Source: Chiloscyllium plagiosum (Eukaryota). From it: a stretch of DNA of 64,000 bases. Position 1 is the first letter of the stretch. The number at the start of each line of letters is the position of its first letter. The notes below the pieces were generated by a model. The model was not told the origin of the DNA. It worked only from the letters and a program-made list of their open reading frames with translations, and searched no databases. Where the stretch lies: assembly GCF_004010195.1 (NCBI RefSeq), contig NC_057718.1, forward strand, positions 38,211,191 through 38,275,190. The letters are read 5' to 3'. Shown piece by piece: positions 36,290 to 48,549 of the stretch. The position numbers were made by a program, and so were the translations under genes.

Positions 36290-36900
36290 CTTAAATGTAA
36301 CGGCTCTCCCAAAATGCTTTACAGTGATGTTTCGAAGTAAAATTTATTGCAGAGTTACATAAGGCAATATTAGGTCAGCTGACTAAAAGCTTCATCAAAG
36401 AGGCTCCTTTTAAGGAGCATCTGTGAAGAGGAAAGCCATGTTCGAGATGAGGTATCAAGAGGGAATTCAAGGCTTAGAGTGTAATCAGCTGTGGAATGAT
36501 TTACATCAAGAATGTTCAGGAGTCATAACTGGATGAACTTGGATTGTGATGTTGGAGGAGGTTGTGGAGTGAGGGCAAGGTGAGGTCATTGAGCAATTTG
36601 GAAACAAAGATGAGATCAAGCCCTTGTTTGATTGGAAGTCATAGCAGGGAATGAGGAACTGATGAATGAAGAGTGCTTATTTAAGGATGACAGAATATGG
36701 GGCATCAACCAGGATAATCAACTGGTCCAGAACTTTGAAAGAAGTGAATGAATGAAGGATTCAGCATCGAATGTGCTGAGGCAAGGCAATATTACAGAAA
36801 TGGGGATAGTGGTCTTAATGATGACACAAAGATGAGGTTGTCAACTTATTTTGGGGTCACGTATGATATCAAGTTTGCAAACTATTTGGTTCGTTCCTTT
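36290..36900 (-). mobile_element. Very old L2-like LINE 3' remnant
   Basis: cccaaaatgctttacag...taggtcagctgactaaaagcttcatcaaagaggctccttttaaggagcatct...gagggaattcaagg. Confidence 0.55.
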
Positions 36901-37169
36901 TGAAAAGATTGGAAGGCAAGTGGTGCAGTTTTACATAGAGTCTACAAGTTAAGTGAGTGGACAGAATATGATCTAAGACAATCTGAGGTCTTTGGCAGGA
37001 AGAATAGAGACGTAGAATAGTATTTAAATGGGAGAAGACTGCAGCATAGGGATTTAAGGGCCCTAGTGCATGAATTGCAAAAAGCTTGTATCAAGTTCAG
37101 CAGGTAAATAGGAATGAATATGGAAAACCAGCCTGCCTTCCATTGACTCATTTTAAACTTCCGGCTGTC

Positions 37170-37500
37170 TCTGGGAAAACCAACATAATGGAAGTCCCCT
37201 CCCATCCCCATTATACTGTCTTACACCCTTTCCCATTGGGCAGAAAAGTTTCAAAGCACATAGCAACAGATGTAAGAACAGCTTCTTCCCAGCTGTAATG
37301 AGATTTATGAGTGGATCTCTCATATACGAGAGTTGATCTTTCTCTGTGCCTTATCTGTAGCTGCAACACTGTATTCTGCATTCTGTTCTGTTACCCCGAT
37401 GTACTTATTAAATATGTTAAATGATTTGTTTGGTTGGCAGGCAAAACGGCACTTTTCACTGTATATCAATACATGTGACAATAATAAATCAAATCTAATA
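37170..37500 (+). mobile_element. Rex1/Babar-like LINE 3' end
   Basis: NIMEVPSHPHY...LGR then aacagcttcttcccagctgtaatgaga (NSFFPAVMR); tail cttttcactgta...gtgacaataataaatcaaatc. Confidence 0.8.
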
Positions 37501-37729
37501 AATAAATAAATGACAGGTTATGGGGAAATGGTAAAAAGGTGGATTTGAATGTTACAAGATCAACTGTGATCTTACTGAAGAGTGAAACTGACTTAATTGG
37601 CTGACTTGTCCACTTCTGCACCTCTGTGTTATGGTCTTTTGGTTGAATCTCAGACTGTTACCAGGACAAAGAATTGACTTGACATTTATAGTAGGTTTGA
37701 AAATTGATGGAATTTGGGTTGATGTCTGG

Positions 37730-38030
37730 TGCTAGTGTTGAATGACTTATGAGTTCCAGGCAATGATCATCTCCAGCAAGAGAGAATCCAACCAATCTCC
37801 CTTGATGATCACTGGTTACTTTTGCTGAATTCCCCTAATATCAACGTCCCTGACAGTTGCTACTGACCAGAAATGGATTGGACCAGCCTTATAAATACTG
37901 TAGCTACAAGAAAAGGTCAGAAACTAGAAGTTCTGCAGTCAGTAACTCATTATGAACAATGCACAAATCAGGGCCATAACAGAATATTCCGCTCTTAGCT
38001 AAATGATACACTTCCAGTAATGCTGGAGAG
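37730..38030 (+). mobile_element. Old CR1/L2-group RT C-terminal fragment
   Basis: ccaggcaatgatcatctccagcaagagagaatc...tgaccagaaatggattggaccagccttataaatactgtagctacaaga. Confidence 0.65.
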
Positions 38031-39370
38031 ATGATAAATGGCAGAAAGGATCGATGAAGTCAAGATAAATTATTTCACTTGGTAAATGGAGGAAAAGTTC
38101 TTCAATTCAAGATTTATGCACAAACTCTGCAAGATTACGGAGTGTCTGGAATGTGGAATACTTTGTTGCAATTCTGGATTAAAGCCAAATTGATTACAGC
38201 ATTCAAAAAATATTGCAATGTTAAATTAAAGTGGAAAGGATAGAAAGTCTTGAGTTAACCATATTTGTCTGATATTATCCATTAGGTCATCTATTTGTGG
38301 AAATGTTACAGTCATTACAGACATATGTGTAGGTAATCATAAGTTTGTTCAAACCCTTCAGGTTATAGGACAGTTCGCTAGTCTTAGTTCTAACTTTTAA
38401 AATTAAGCGAAGTTCTTATTTTTACTCACTGTTACTTCAGCACTGGTTTAAATCCTGAAAAAGAATCTTGCTGAGTTCAGTTCTGTTTGATTCTGATACT
38501 GAATCCTTCCAGCTTCCCATTGCAATCTGATTCTTTTTCCTCCTGCATATCTGAGATTATTCCTAAGGGATATATTTTGACAGAGTTCATTCTAAGTGCT
38601 AACAGTTACAGTGCTTGCATTCTGCAAAACTGTTGCTGGCCAAAGGCATCTCCTTTCTTGCAGTTAACCAAATGTTTATCCTGTCCTGCATTTCCTGTAT
38701 TAGTCACAGTCCACAGAGCCGCTCATGTTTGGTGTTCCAGCCAACTTTTTCTTTCTTTTGCCCTGATATCAGGCATCAAATGAGTGAACTATAAATTCAA
38801 ATTTAGCAGCACTCTATTCTGTCTAAATGCCATTTCACTATGTGACGTGAGTCTGATGCAGGTAACCTCTGAGATTGTTATTGCCCCTAATACGCAATAT
38901 CTAAACACCCTTTTGCATCGAGTCAACTTTGCTTAATGTCTGTCTTGCCATGCCAAAACATATTTAGTCCTTTCCCTAACAAGTGAATTGCCTTGGGCTG
39001 TTCACAATAATCAGCCATTAGTTACAAACTAAACTAAAATATATGTAGGAATAATCATGTGTGATTAGTAACTAAATAACTGCAGCAGACAAATGCATTC
39101 AGACAAAACATAGAGCATACAGATAATCTAGACATTCAGTACAAAAATGGCACAGTTTTGAAATTAAAATGTCAAAAGGAATCAAAATATTGTATTAAAT
39201 AGATGTACCACTGAATTGAACTTTTAATTGGACACTGATTGACCTTGAAGATAATCTGTCCTCTATTTACTTGATATCACATGCTCTCATTTAACTTCCA
39301 TGGAGTGAGAGATTGACTGGAATGAATAAATGAATAAATATATAATAATCTATATAATAATTTTCCATTT

Positions 39371-40222
39371 CTAAGATGGTGGTGGAGCAGTAGGGTTGTG
39401 TGTGAGCTGTTTGCCTGGGGCTCATTGGCTCCCATCTGCTTTGTTTTGTTTTAACTTATGCTCTTTTTTTCTTTCACTTTTCTTTGAGTTAGACCATGGC
39501 ATGGGCTTGGCAGTGAGAGCGGGCCATGTGCCGAAGGTTGGCGGCAGCAGTGACTGCAGCTTATCCTGGTGATTAGATGTAGCAGCAGCAAGGATGCCCT
39601 TGTCTGGGGCCAGTGGTGGGGATGGCGGTTAAGCTCCTCCGCTGATCGGAGGCAGCAGATTCTTCAACATGGCGGCACCGGCAGACCCCAACATGTTGGA
39701 AGACCGCTGTTGGAGTATGACTCTTGGCGTGGCAGTGGCCTGGCCTGGCACTGGAGCCAAGGAGTTCTGGTTGTAATAGGCCCAGAGCAGAGGCAGCTGG
39801 CATGATGGAGATGGAACTGGAGTCAGGGAACCCTGGTTGCGGACATGGTAGGCTCAGTGCAGGGACTCCTGGTCATCGGCAAGGTGGTGGCAGCAGCAGA
39901 GTCAGGGACACCTGATTGTGGGTCTAGTGTGGGTACAGCATTACTAGGTGGGCCTAGTAATGAAGAGATGGTACCTAAAGAGTGGCGACCTGCATTGGTG
40001 GCTCTGGTGCAGACGGCAGTGAGGCGGTGGAGGAGAGGTGGCAGTGCAGGTCTCATGGCGGAGGCAGCAGAAAAAAGACTCTCTTTTAGTGACATCTTTT
40101 TGATCTTGTTATTCTTAAACTATTGAAAATAGTGTTGGATTGTTGTGACAGTTGAAGCTTTTCACTGTATTTTAATGTATTGTTCACTAAAATGGAAGTA
40201 GCAATAAATCATTCAAGTTCAA
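39371..40222 (+). mobile_element. Non-autonomous GC-rich retroelement with Rex-like tail
   Basis: Starts aagatggtggtgg; GC-rich non-coding body; ends gcttttcactgta...caataaatcattcaagttcaa, like the Rex tail at 37450-37495. Confidence 0.6.
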
Positions 40223-42221
40223 CTGTGCAAAGAATCCCTATAGTGTAGAAACAGGCCATTTGGCCCATCAAGTCTGCACCAACCTTCCGATGAGCATTGT
40301 TCCACCCAAATCTAATATTAAAACAGACCTTGTTGGAAATGGTCAGCAAGTCAAGTCAAACCCGTTGCTGCGGGGAGGTAGTGTCCGTTTTTTTTGTCAC
40401 ACCAATCTCTTTAATTCTTTTCATACAAAAGACAAGTATTTGTGAAAAACAAAAAGAATAACAAACAAAAACCTTAGTGATACTGCTGTGCGAACTTTTT
40501 GACCTTGGCAACTATATTTATTTGCGAAAAAGGATATTTGCTTATTGCTCTCTGCTTCTGACCTTCATCCTGAAGTTTATGAGTGCATTCCAGTCTGCAG
40601 CATTTCTTGAATAAATAAGAACATTTCAAATTAAGTGTAGCAAAGCTTTACAAGCCCTTGGCTTTAAAGGATTACAAGTCCATCTTCAGAAACCGAGAAG
40701 TTGTGCATCACAACTCCTCAACATGCTAGATTATTCAATGTAGTACGAATGATGCTCCATAATTGTAAAATAATACAACATTGACACAGGCTGTTCAGTC
40801 TACTAAATCTTTCAAAGAGCGATTCAGTAAGTCCTACTCCTCTTTCTCCACGTTTTTGTTGTTTTTCATGAATCCTCTAATACACACCAAAATAATTCAT
40901 CCAATTATCTATATCAGGCTGGGGTTTCAAGACTCAAGCCACTTGTATCAAAGATTTTATTCCTGCTTTGTTGACCCTTTATCTATCGGAAACACTTTTT
41001 CATTATTTACTGTCTTAGCCTTCAATTATTTTAATTGTTTAAACAGCTTTTACAAAAGCTATGAAATTTTGGTCCGAAGCTTTCAGTTTATGAATAGCTG
41101 TAACTGCTATCTGCATAAGCTCAACCTGAATTTCTGATTTAAATTGTGACGTTCGGTTCTTCACTACAGATAAGTGGTAAAAGAGATGGCAGCAGTGAAA
41201 TTGGATTGGCCACAAATACATAAAAACGTGTACTTTCTGAAGTCGAAAGGTCAATTCGTATGGTATCCACAGATGCTACATGATCAAATGAAGATTTTTC
41301 ACATTTGTAAAAAATTTCAATTTGCATATTTCCATCTGTAATATATCGCATTTGTTGAATATGTATTACTGGATCAATTTATCTTTCAAACACTTGGTTC
41401 AAAAAGACCATTCTCCTTGTTTTGGCATTCAGTTCTCATCATTCCATTTTAATCCCATTTGGCCATGTTTGATGTCAAATTTTACTTTGTTCCATAGTAC
41501 CATGAAATCTCCCCTTGTAGATTTGGAGTTCAATAAACCATAGGAAGAAATAAGGCAACTTAGAGAATGGTTGTGTAATTGGCAAACGAATGTCAGTATG
41601 GCTCTGAGAGGTGTTATATTTTTGTTGGAAGATTGAGGGAGTCACGATTTCTCTAATTTGGAAGAGCAGCAAAGGAATCTGGAGGAATGTCAGCCCATTT
41701 CCCCCTCAGTCAAAGTAAAACACCCAGACACACAGTAGTTTTACGTCCTTCATCTTTATTCTAGGCTCTGGAGGGAGATAGAACGATTGCCCATGTGCAG
41801 AGACATGAGTTCACTGTCTTCTCTGGAACAGCAGTTTCTCAATGAATTATATAGTCATTTTACAGGGAGGAGCAATCCAAATAAAGCAACATACAGATTG
41901 ATTGGGTGACCATTACAATCAGCGAGTGCCAATAGCAAAGATTAAGCCATCTGCTGTTATGCAATGAATAACTGACTTCACATAATGAGTACTTTTCACT
42001 TTGTTAAATTGACCTCACATACTGAATACTTCTCATATTACTAAATGGCTCTACATAATGACTGCTTTTCCACCTTGTTAACCCATTACCCTTGCCTCGA
42101 GCCCCCCTATTGTAAACTGTAAGTTCTTATCTGATCTGATTCATGCTCAGCTAAACCTCTTGTTTCACAAAAGTAGAACTTCACTCTTTCCCTGTCTGGT
42201 TAAACCTTATTCACATTCTCA

Positions 42222-42236
42222 TTCCCTCCTTTTATC
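42222..42236 (-). promoter_or_regulatory. Polypurine tract
   Basis: Minus strand gataaaaggagggaa immediately precedes the TGAGAA start of the 3' LTR. Confidence 0.88.
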
Positions 42237-44153
42237 ATTTCATGATCACCAATGGCATTACCAGCTGACAGCCAGTATTTAAGCAAGCTATTGACACACA
42301 GCGTACAATGATTCTAACAACAAAAATTATTAGTCTGTTACTGTAATTAAAGTTTAAAGAATCTTCCCATGTGGAAAAAAATCACTAGTAAAGTTCTTAA
42401 ATCCACAGTCCTTAGTGACCACTCCATCTCCTCCAAGTCGAGCGGAAACGAGCCAGTTCTCCAAAATCTCCTTCAGCAAATCCAACCTGAAAACAAAATT
42501 CAGTCTGTCCTTGTGCATCAGTCCTCAAAGAAATCTGAATTCTTGTGCAAGGACAGTTAAATGCTTCAGAAAACTGACAAGAATTCCATCCTTCCAGAGA
42601 TGCTTCAGATGGAAGATATCAATGCATCTGAGAGTGCAGTGGTTGCAGCTGCAGCAGCAGGCTAGGTGAATGGAGCATTTTTTTGCTGCTTTTGCTCCTG
42701 TTCTGCTGTTAAGTGTGACAAAGCCACCTGGCTGTTTTGATGTTAGCTTGATTAGTGAACTTTCATATCCCTTAAATGACGAAAATACAAGGTAAAGCTC
42801 ATGTGCTTTAATGTCCATAGGATGGCCACTGACAAAAGCGTACAGACCTCCTCTTCATTGTTGTTAGCTTCTTCACTTTTCGTGCTCATGACTCGGGAAA
42901 TGATTGAATCCATTGGATCGGATTGTGGAGGGGTGGGTGGTGGTCCAAAGGCATGCTTTATCTGTGAATGGAGAAACTTGAGAGACTATATTAGCTGCTG
43001 AAAATATCTTTGCATTTCCTGTCTCATTCCTTCCAGGCCAAGGTGGTTATCAGTATGAAGACAGTCACATGTTTAACGACACTAAATTGTGTCTGCCTAT
43101 TTCAACATCTCAGTCATCTTGGTGTCTGTTACTTTGTTCACTATTTACGACATTATCAAGTTTTATACAATCCATAAACTTCTAAATTGTACTGCTCAAA
43201 CAATTCAGTCATTTATAAACAACAATCCATGGTCCTAAAATCAAGCCCTCGGGTACATCATTCAGGTTATTCAAAAATTATTTTCCACTAACAAATTGAT
43301 ACTTGGCTAATGTGAAAGCTTTCAGGGAAAGCATTTCAAAACTCTGGAACAGCAAGAAAAAACAATGTTTCCTGTGCTTTAGCAATTGAAGAGGCAGTTT
43401 CAGTTCAGATTTAAATCTCAAATGTTCGTGGGAAACAAATGCTGAATATTTTAAAATACGTTCTCCAAATGAAACTTCCCAAACAAAACAGTCAGAATTA
43501 CAGCTTTGTAGAGATCAACATTCTTTGAATTTGCAATGTGCATGGGGCCAGTGAAGTCATAATAATTAATAGAACTGAAACAGCTTAGCCTCAAGTTCTA
43601 ATATTCTCTTGAATCTCAACAAAACATTAAACTCAAAATGCGCTCTTCTTTTTGTGAATACTCTGCATTAAAAACACAGCAGCAAAGATATTTTAATACA
43701 ATACTCTCATCTGGCTAAAGCATAAATCAGTGGCTCAAGGCACTCAATCAATTAGTTTTAAGTTTGATAATTTTAAAATGAACAATGCATAATTTCAATG
43801 TTAAAAACAAAGTCTGCCCCATTGTATAGCCCATAAAACACGATGAATTGAGATCCCGATTCAAACCAGGCAAAACAGTTACTTAAAAGGATTTTCCAAA
43901 CCAGTATTTTAACAAACTAAACTTTTTAACATCAAACACTCTCAGCACAATTTACATTGAAGCTTTCCTTTTTCAACCCAAATTTTTGTACAACCTTAAT
44001 TTGAATGTTTTCTCGTTTTTCTTCTTTGTTTTTTTCATCGTCTCACTGAAATTCCACTTAGAAAGACCTAGCAGCAGAGCCCATGGCACCGCAGTTCAAG
44101 CCACACTCTTTCCCCCAGAATAAAGACTCTCAGAGCCTCAAATTTCGCCATTA

Positions 44154-44520
44154 GGGGATCTGAACCCCTTTCTCACTTTACTCCTCACAGGGGCTTGAAT
44201 CCCACTCAAACACAGGGAGCCCGAATCCCACTCAAACACAGGAAATCCGAATCCCACTCGAGCACAGGGAGCCCGAATCCCAGTCAAACACTGAGAGCTC
44301 AAAGCTCACTTAAACACAGAAAGCTCGAACCTCAGCAAAGTGTGAAGGACTTGAACCTCAAATCAACCCATCCAGTAGACTCAAACCCCAATATCGCGCA
44401 GAGGACTTGAACCTCAATCACACCAACCCAAGGGGACTCCAACACCAGTACCGCACAGATGAGCCAAACCTCAAATCACATTCCCCTCCCCAATACAGTG
44501 CAGAGCACTTGAACCTCTGC
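44154..44520 (-). repeat. Tandem array of ~26-30 bp units, each centred on a T-arm-like hairpin
   Basis: Repeated gaatcccactcaaacacagg and ggacttgaacctc units; minus strand reads GGGG-TTCAGAT-CCCC, GGGA-TTCGGGC-TCCC, GAGG-TTCAAGT-CCTC. Confidence 0.85.
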
Positions 44521-44569
44521 CTGCCACCGTGCTTGCGAAATTGTGTGTCTCAACTGAGCTAATTACTGT
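44495..44569 (-). ncRNA. tRNA-like / Pol III type-2 promoter-like unit in the ERV leader
   Basis: 75 nt: ACAGT...ACTGT terminal pairing, TAGCTCAGTTGAG (A-box/D-arm-like), AGAGG-TTCAAGT-GCTCT (T-arm/B box). The anticodon arm is not canonical. Confidence 0.45.
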
Positions 44570-44732
44570 TCGAGGAATCAGTAGAATAGAGAGCGATTGA
44601 ATGAGGGGACTATCTCTGGCCCACAGGAATATCAAGAGGAACCAAGGTTTAAAATCTTATCTTGTGGTCCTGTTCGTCTTGCGATACTGGTATACCGGGT
44701 GGCCACTGACACTGTCAGATCCATTTGTTTGG

Positions 44733-44750
44733 ATCCTGCCAACTACACCA
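44733..44750 (-). promoter_or_regulatory. Primer-binding site, tRNA-Ser
   Basis: Minus strand TGGTGTAGTTGGCAGGAT lies 4 nt after the 5' LTR. It differs from the complement of the vertebrate tRNA-Ser 3' end (TGGCGTAGTCGGCAGGAT) only by two CpG-to-TpG changes. Confidence 0.9.
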
Positions 44751-45291
44751 ATATTGTCGTCCCATTTCCCCCCTCAATTGAAACAAAACACTCAGAGACA
44801 CAGTGGTTTTACCCCCTTCATCTTTATTCCAGGCCCTGGAGGGAGAAAGAATAATTGTCCGTGTGCACAGAGACAAGAGTTCATGGTCTTCTCTGGAACA
44901 GCAGTTTCTCAGTGAGCTATGCCATCATTTTACAGGGAGGGGCATCCAGATAAGGCATCATACGTATTAATTGGGTGACCGTTACAATCAGCAAGTGTCA
45001 ATAGTGAAGATTAAGCCATCTGCTGTTACACGATGAATAACTGACTTCACATAATGAATATTTTTCACCTTGTTAAACTCACTTCACCATACTGATTGCT
45101 TGCAATATTGTTCAATGGCCCTACATAATGTATGTTTTTCCACCTTGTTAACCCCTTACCCTTGCCTCTCGCACCCCATTGTTAACTGTAAGTTCTTATC
45201 TGATCTGAGTCATGCTCAGCTGAACCTCTGGTTTCACAAAAGTCAGAACTTAACTCTTTCCCTGCCTGCTTTTTCCCTATTCACATTTTCA

Positions 45292-45790
45292 GGAGCAGGT
45301 ACACTATTCATGACAGGTGTTGTTACCGGTTAATAAGTGAGGAAAACACTAGGTTTATTTTCTAGAGAGAGAACATTAGAAAGCAGTGAAATTAGGTTAA
45401 AACTACAGAATCTTGGTTGGATCACATGTGGAGTACTGTGAACAGTTCTGATCACCCTATTAGAAAAGGACATGGATGCACTGGAGAAGGTGAAGGCAAC
45501 ATTCACTGGTTAAAAACAACTATAGTGAACTTTGGTTTTCTTTGTCCCCCATAAAGAGAAGATTGACAGATGACATGATGGGGGTATTTAAGACTCTGGA
45601 AGTGTTTGGTAAAGTAGATTGTGGTGTGAGTGTTGGGGATAATGTACACAAGAGTGTAAGTATGAGGTACAAACTTATAATAAATTCACTTATGAAATTG
45701 CAGAAACTTTTTTTACTCAGATAATGGTTAGAATCTTGAACTTGTCACCACAAAGCATATTTGAGGAAGCTAGCATAATAGTAGTGTTTT
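45292..45790 (+). mobile_element. Old CR1 3' portion (continues 41550-41687 and 46155-46280)
   Basis: cacatgtggagtactgtgaacagttctgatcacc (HLEYCEQFWSP-like); aagagaagattgacagatgacatgat. Confidence 0.75.
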
Positions 45791-45791
45791 T

Positions 45792-46154
45792 TGAAATGAA
45801 TCATTTATTGTTGCGTATTCAATTTAAAAAACAGTGAAAAGTGTGCACCCTCACCCTACATTGGCACCATGCACATTAACTTTGAATAAGATTTAAAAAA
45901 CAATCTTTGAGCGTCCAACCTTTTCTTCTCCACTGCTTCAGTCCTGCTCTGGGCTTCCCAGCCCAAGCCATGCCACCGCAAGGAGCCGACTCCATGCGGA
46001 AGCAAGAGTCCCGCTCCAGGCTTCCCACTGAAGAGTTCTCTTATCAGGTCAGTTTAGGAAAAAAAAGGAAGAAGGAAAAAGAAAATAAGTGGATTAATAA
46101 GACATGCCCAGCTACACGAACCCAGATGCTGCCTGCTCAGCAGCCGCCATCTTG
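45792..46154 (-). mobile_element. Short non-autonomous retroelement with CAAGATGGCG head and Rex-like tail
   Basis: Minus strand starts caagatggcggctg and ends cacttttcactg...caacaataaatgattcatttca. Inserted into a CR1 3' end. Confidence 0.65.
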
Positions 46155-47299
46155 TATATTTAAGGGAAAGCTGGATAAATGTATGGTGGACAGAGGAATA
46201 GTATGGCATTTTGGTGGATTTCAATGAAGAAGGGTGTAATGAGGTTTGTGTGGAATTTGCAGCCTGGTATTGATCTCTTGTACTGCCTCGTCTGTTTGTG
46301 TTCTTAGGTTTGTGCACTGTGATGTTGATAAAATAGACTGTGGTCGAAGTGTTGGGGATAATGTAAGGCATTTTGGCAATGTAAGGTAAATTAAAGGCAT
46401 TTCATTTTAAAATGCCTGTTCTCCAAATTCGAAGTGACTTCAGTGATACGGAAAGTGTCAAGTCAGTATGAAATGTGTCAACAATCAAATAAACTGAGGT
46501 CGAGGTGCCATTCTGGTTCAGTAAAATTAGCTTGCGTGTGTCTGAACTACACAGACCAGGAAGGTTTGACCTTTTGTCTGCATTAATGTCAGTTACCGCT
46601 TTTGTACTCTGCTTAATAGAAGAATTAATCAAGTAGCCTTGTCTTTAAAGCAGTTTCTTTTTGTAACTTAGTCTGGAATTGTACTTGGGAGGTTACTGTG
46701 TGAGCACAACATTGAAGTTCATTATGATGCAGTTTATGATTGCATCATCACGGTAGAGACAAGTATTGCTTCAAACAAAAACTCCAAGAAACTATAAATG
46801 GTTCGAAACAAAATTTTAAGCAGCCAGAAGACTGACAATTGAAATTGAACAGGTACATACTGGTGTGAAATTGGGAGATAATGCAGAAGCTGTTAAGCTA
46901 GATGGGGGCTTCAAGGGTCTATAAATGTCATGAAACTTGATAGTGACCATAAGAAAACTTTGCGAAACAATCAGAATATTAAACCACCTTGCCAAATCTT
47001 GATAATTCAAAGAGCGTGTCTTCCATTCTCTTCACGTGTTCTGAACCTCTACACAAACTGTGTATGAAAAGGTGCAAACGCATTGGCTGCCCACCAGTTG
47101 CCCACAAGACTGGTAAAATGACACATTACTGTGTTTAGATGGTGCTGTTTAAGGAATGGATGTTGGCTTGGATATTGAGTGAGTTCCTTGCTGTTTATAA
47201 AACAAAAATCCACCATCTCTCTCCAGGAAGGAGTTTTACTGCGAAGCAATGCTCATTTGTAAAGTTGAATCCATTGTACACAAGCTCCAGTTAGGAGAG

Positions 47300-47605
47300 T
47301 TTGTGATAAGTATAATTTTGAAATTCTTCATTAATAAAACTGAAGTTAGAGGGCATAATCTCAGAGTTAGGGACCACTCATTTGGACAGATGAAAAGAAT
47401 TTTCATCTTCTGTGGTAATAAATCTGTGAAATTCTTCAGAGGTTTTGGAGGCTTGGTTATTAAGTATATTAAAGACTGAGAGATTTCTAACCATTGAGGG
47501 ATAGTTGGAATCGGCAAAAAGGCAGGAAATTGGAGTTGAGAATTACCCCATTAGCCATTGTTTCAACATTGAAGAGCTGAATCAAATCACCCTTTCTATT
47601 TTTGT
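47300..47605 (+). mobile_element. CR1 3'-end fragment
   Basis: tagagggcataatctcagagttaggg...gacagatgaaaagaatttcatc...ttagccattg. Confidence 0.7.
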
Positions 47606-47608
47606 ATT

Positions 47609-48549
47609 TGCAATGCAGTAAAATTAAACCATTCCAAGACTCTCAAAGTGCACCCTACTGGTTCCTAACCACTTAGCCAAATAAGCAGTTCCAGACACTG
47701 ATATGCATTGTAAACAAAAGACATAGCAATTTATTAACAATCTAGTAGCTTTAGCACAGTAAAGTTAAACAAGAGATAATCTAATTTGTGTGCTTTAAAG
47801 CCAAAAGCCTTTACTTTCAACCCCATTAACGCAAAAGACACACAGACAAACAAACATAATTAACAGCTAGATGAAAGAAAATAACAAAACTGGCCAGATT
47901 ATTTAAGTGGTTTTCACGATGTGTTGTCCCATAGGGTATAGATGATAGATTCTTGGCTGATTTTTCTTTTTGAATTTATCCATCAGTCATCTTTACAATT
48001 TACTCACATAAAAGCAATAATACCTGTAACTTAGTTTTCTATTCTCTGAGCTTCCAAGAGCTGCTCATGGCAGGCTAGGCAGGGAGATTTCAAATCTTTC
48101 TGTTTTACCATTAATAGCCAGATTATTATCCCATTAAAAAGCACGTCCAAAACCCAATTTGAACTCTGACCATTCTTTGACAGACTGACCATCTCCTCCC
48201 TAAGATCTGAGTTACAATTCAGTATTTGCCATCTACTTGAGCATAAGGGCTTTTCCAGACTTGCCAGAACCAAGTACAGACCTCGTTAATGGCCAGCTTC
48301 TGCCATCTATATAAACATAATGCTCTTTCCCAGTTTTGAAGCATCAACAGAACCTTTTGATCAGGAACTAACCTGCAATTAACTTATTGGCCTAGCCTCG
48401 CGAATAAACAAAAGCTTGTTTGGTCTGCTTTTCTTTTAATACAAGTTGTTACTCATACTCCAAAACGTCATGTTTCGCTCATTGCTCCAAACCAAAATTG
48501 ATAAAAGTTAAAAAATAAAATTAATGAAAATTCAGTGAGGGCTGTAACC
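47609..48549 (-). mobile_element. Possible old solo LTR
   Basis: tgcaat...tgtaac termini, A/C-rich + strand, tttatt near 47730; layout resembles 8874-9500. No TSD found. Confidence 0.35.

Larger units (their letters stand above)
41688..45291 (-). mobile_element. Complete non-autonomous ERV-like LTR element (3.6 kb)
   Basis: Direct-repeat LTRs at 41688-42221 and 44755-45291, both TG...CA. PBS and PPT in the correct minus-strand positions. 4-bp TSD ggaa/ggag. It splits a colinear CR1 remnant. Confidence 0.93.

Noticed and set aside
42369..43001. ORFs inside the ERV interior as candidate accessory genes
   Set aside because: Short (<100 aa), on both strands, with no gag, pol or env motifs I can identify.
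44154..44520. Regularly spaced palindromic repeats superficially like a CRISPR array
   Set aside because: Eukaryotic ERV context, spacers only about 11-15 nt and themselves repeated, and no cas genes.
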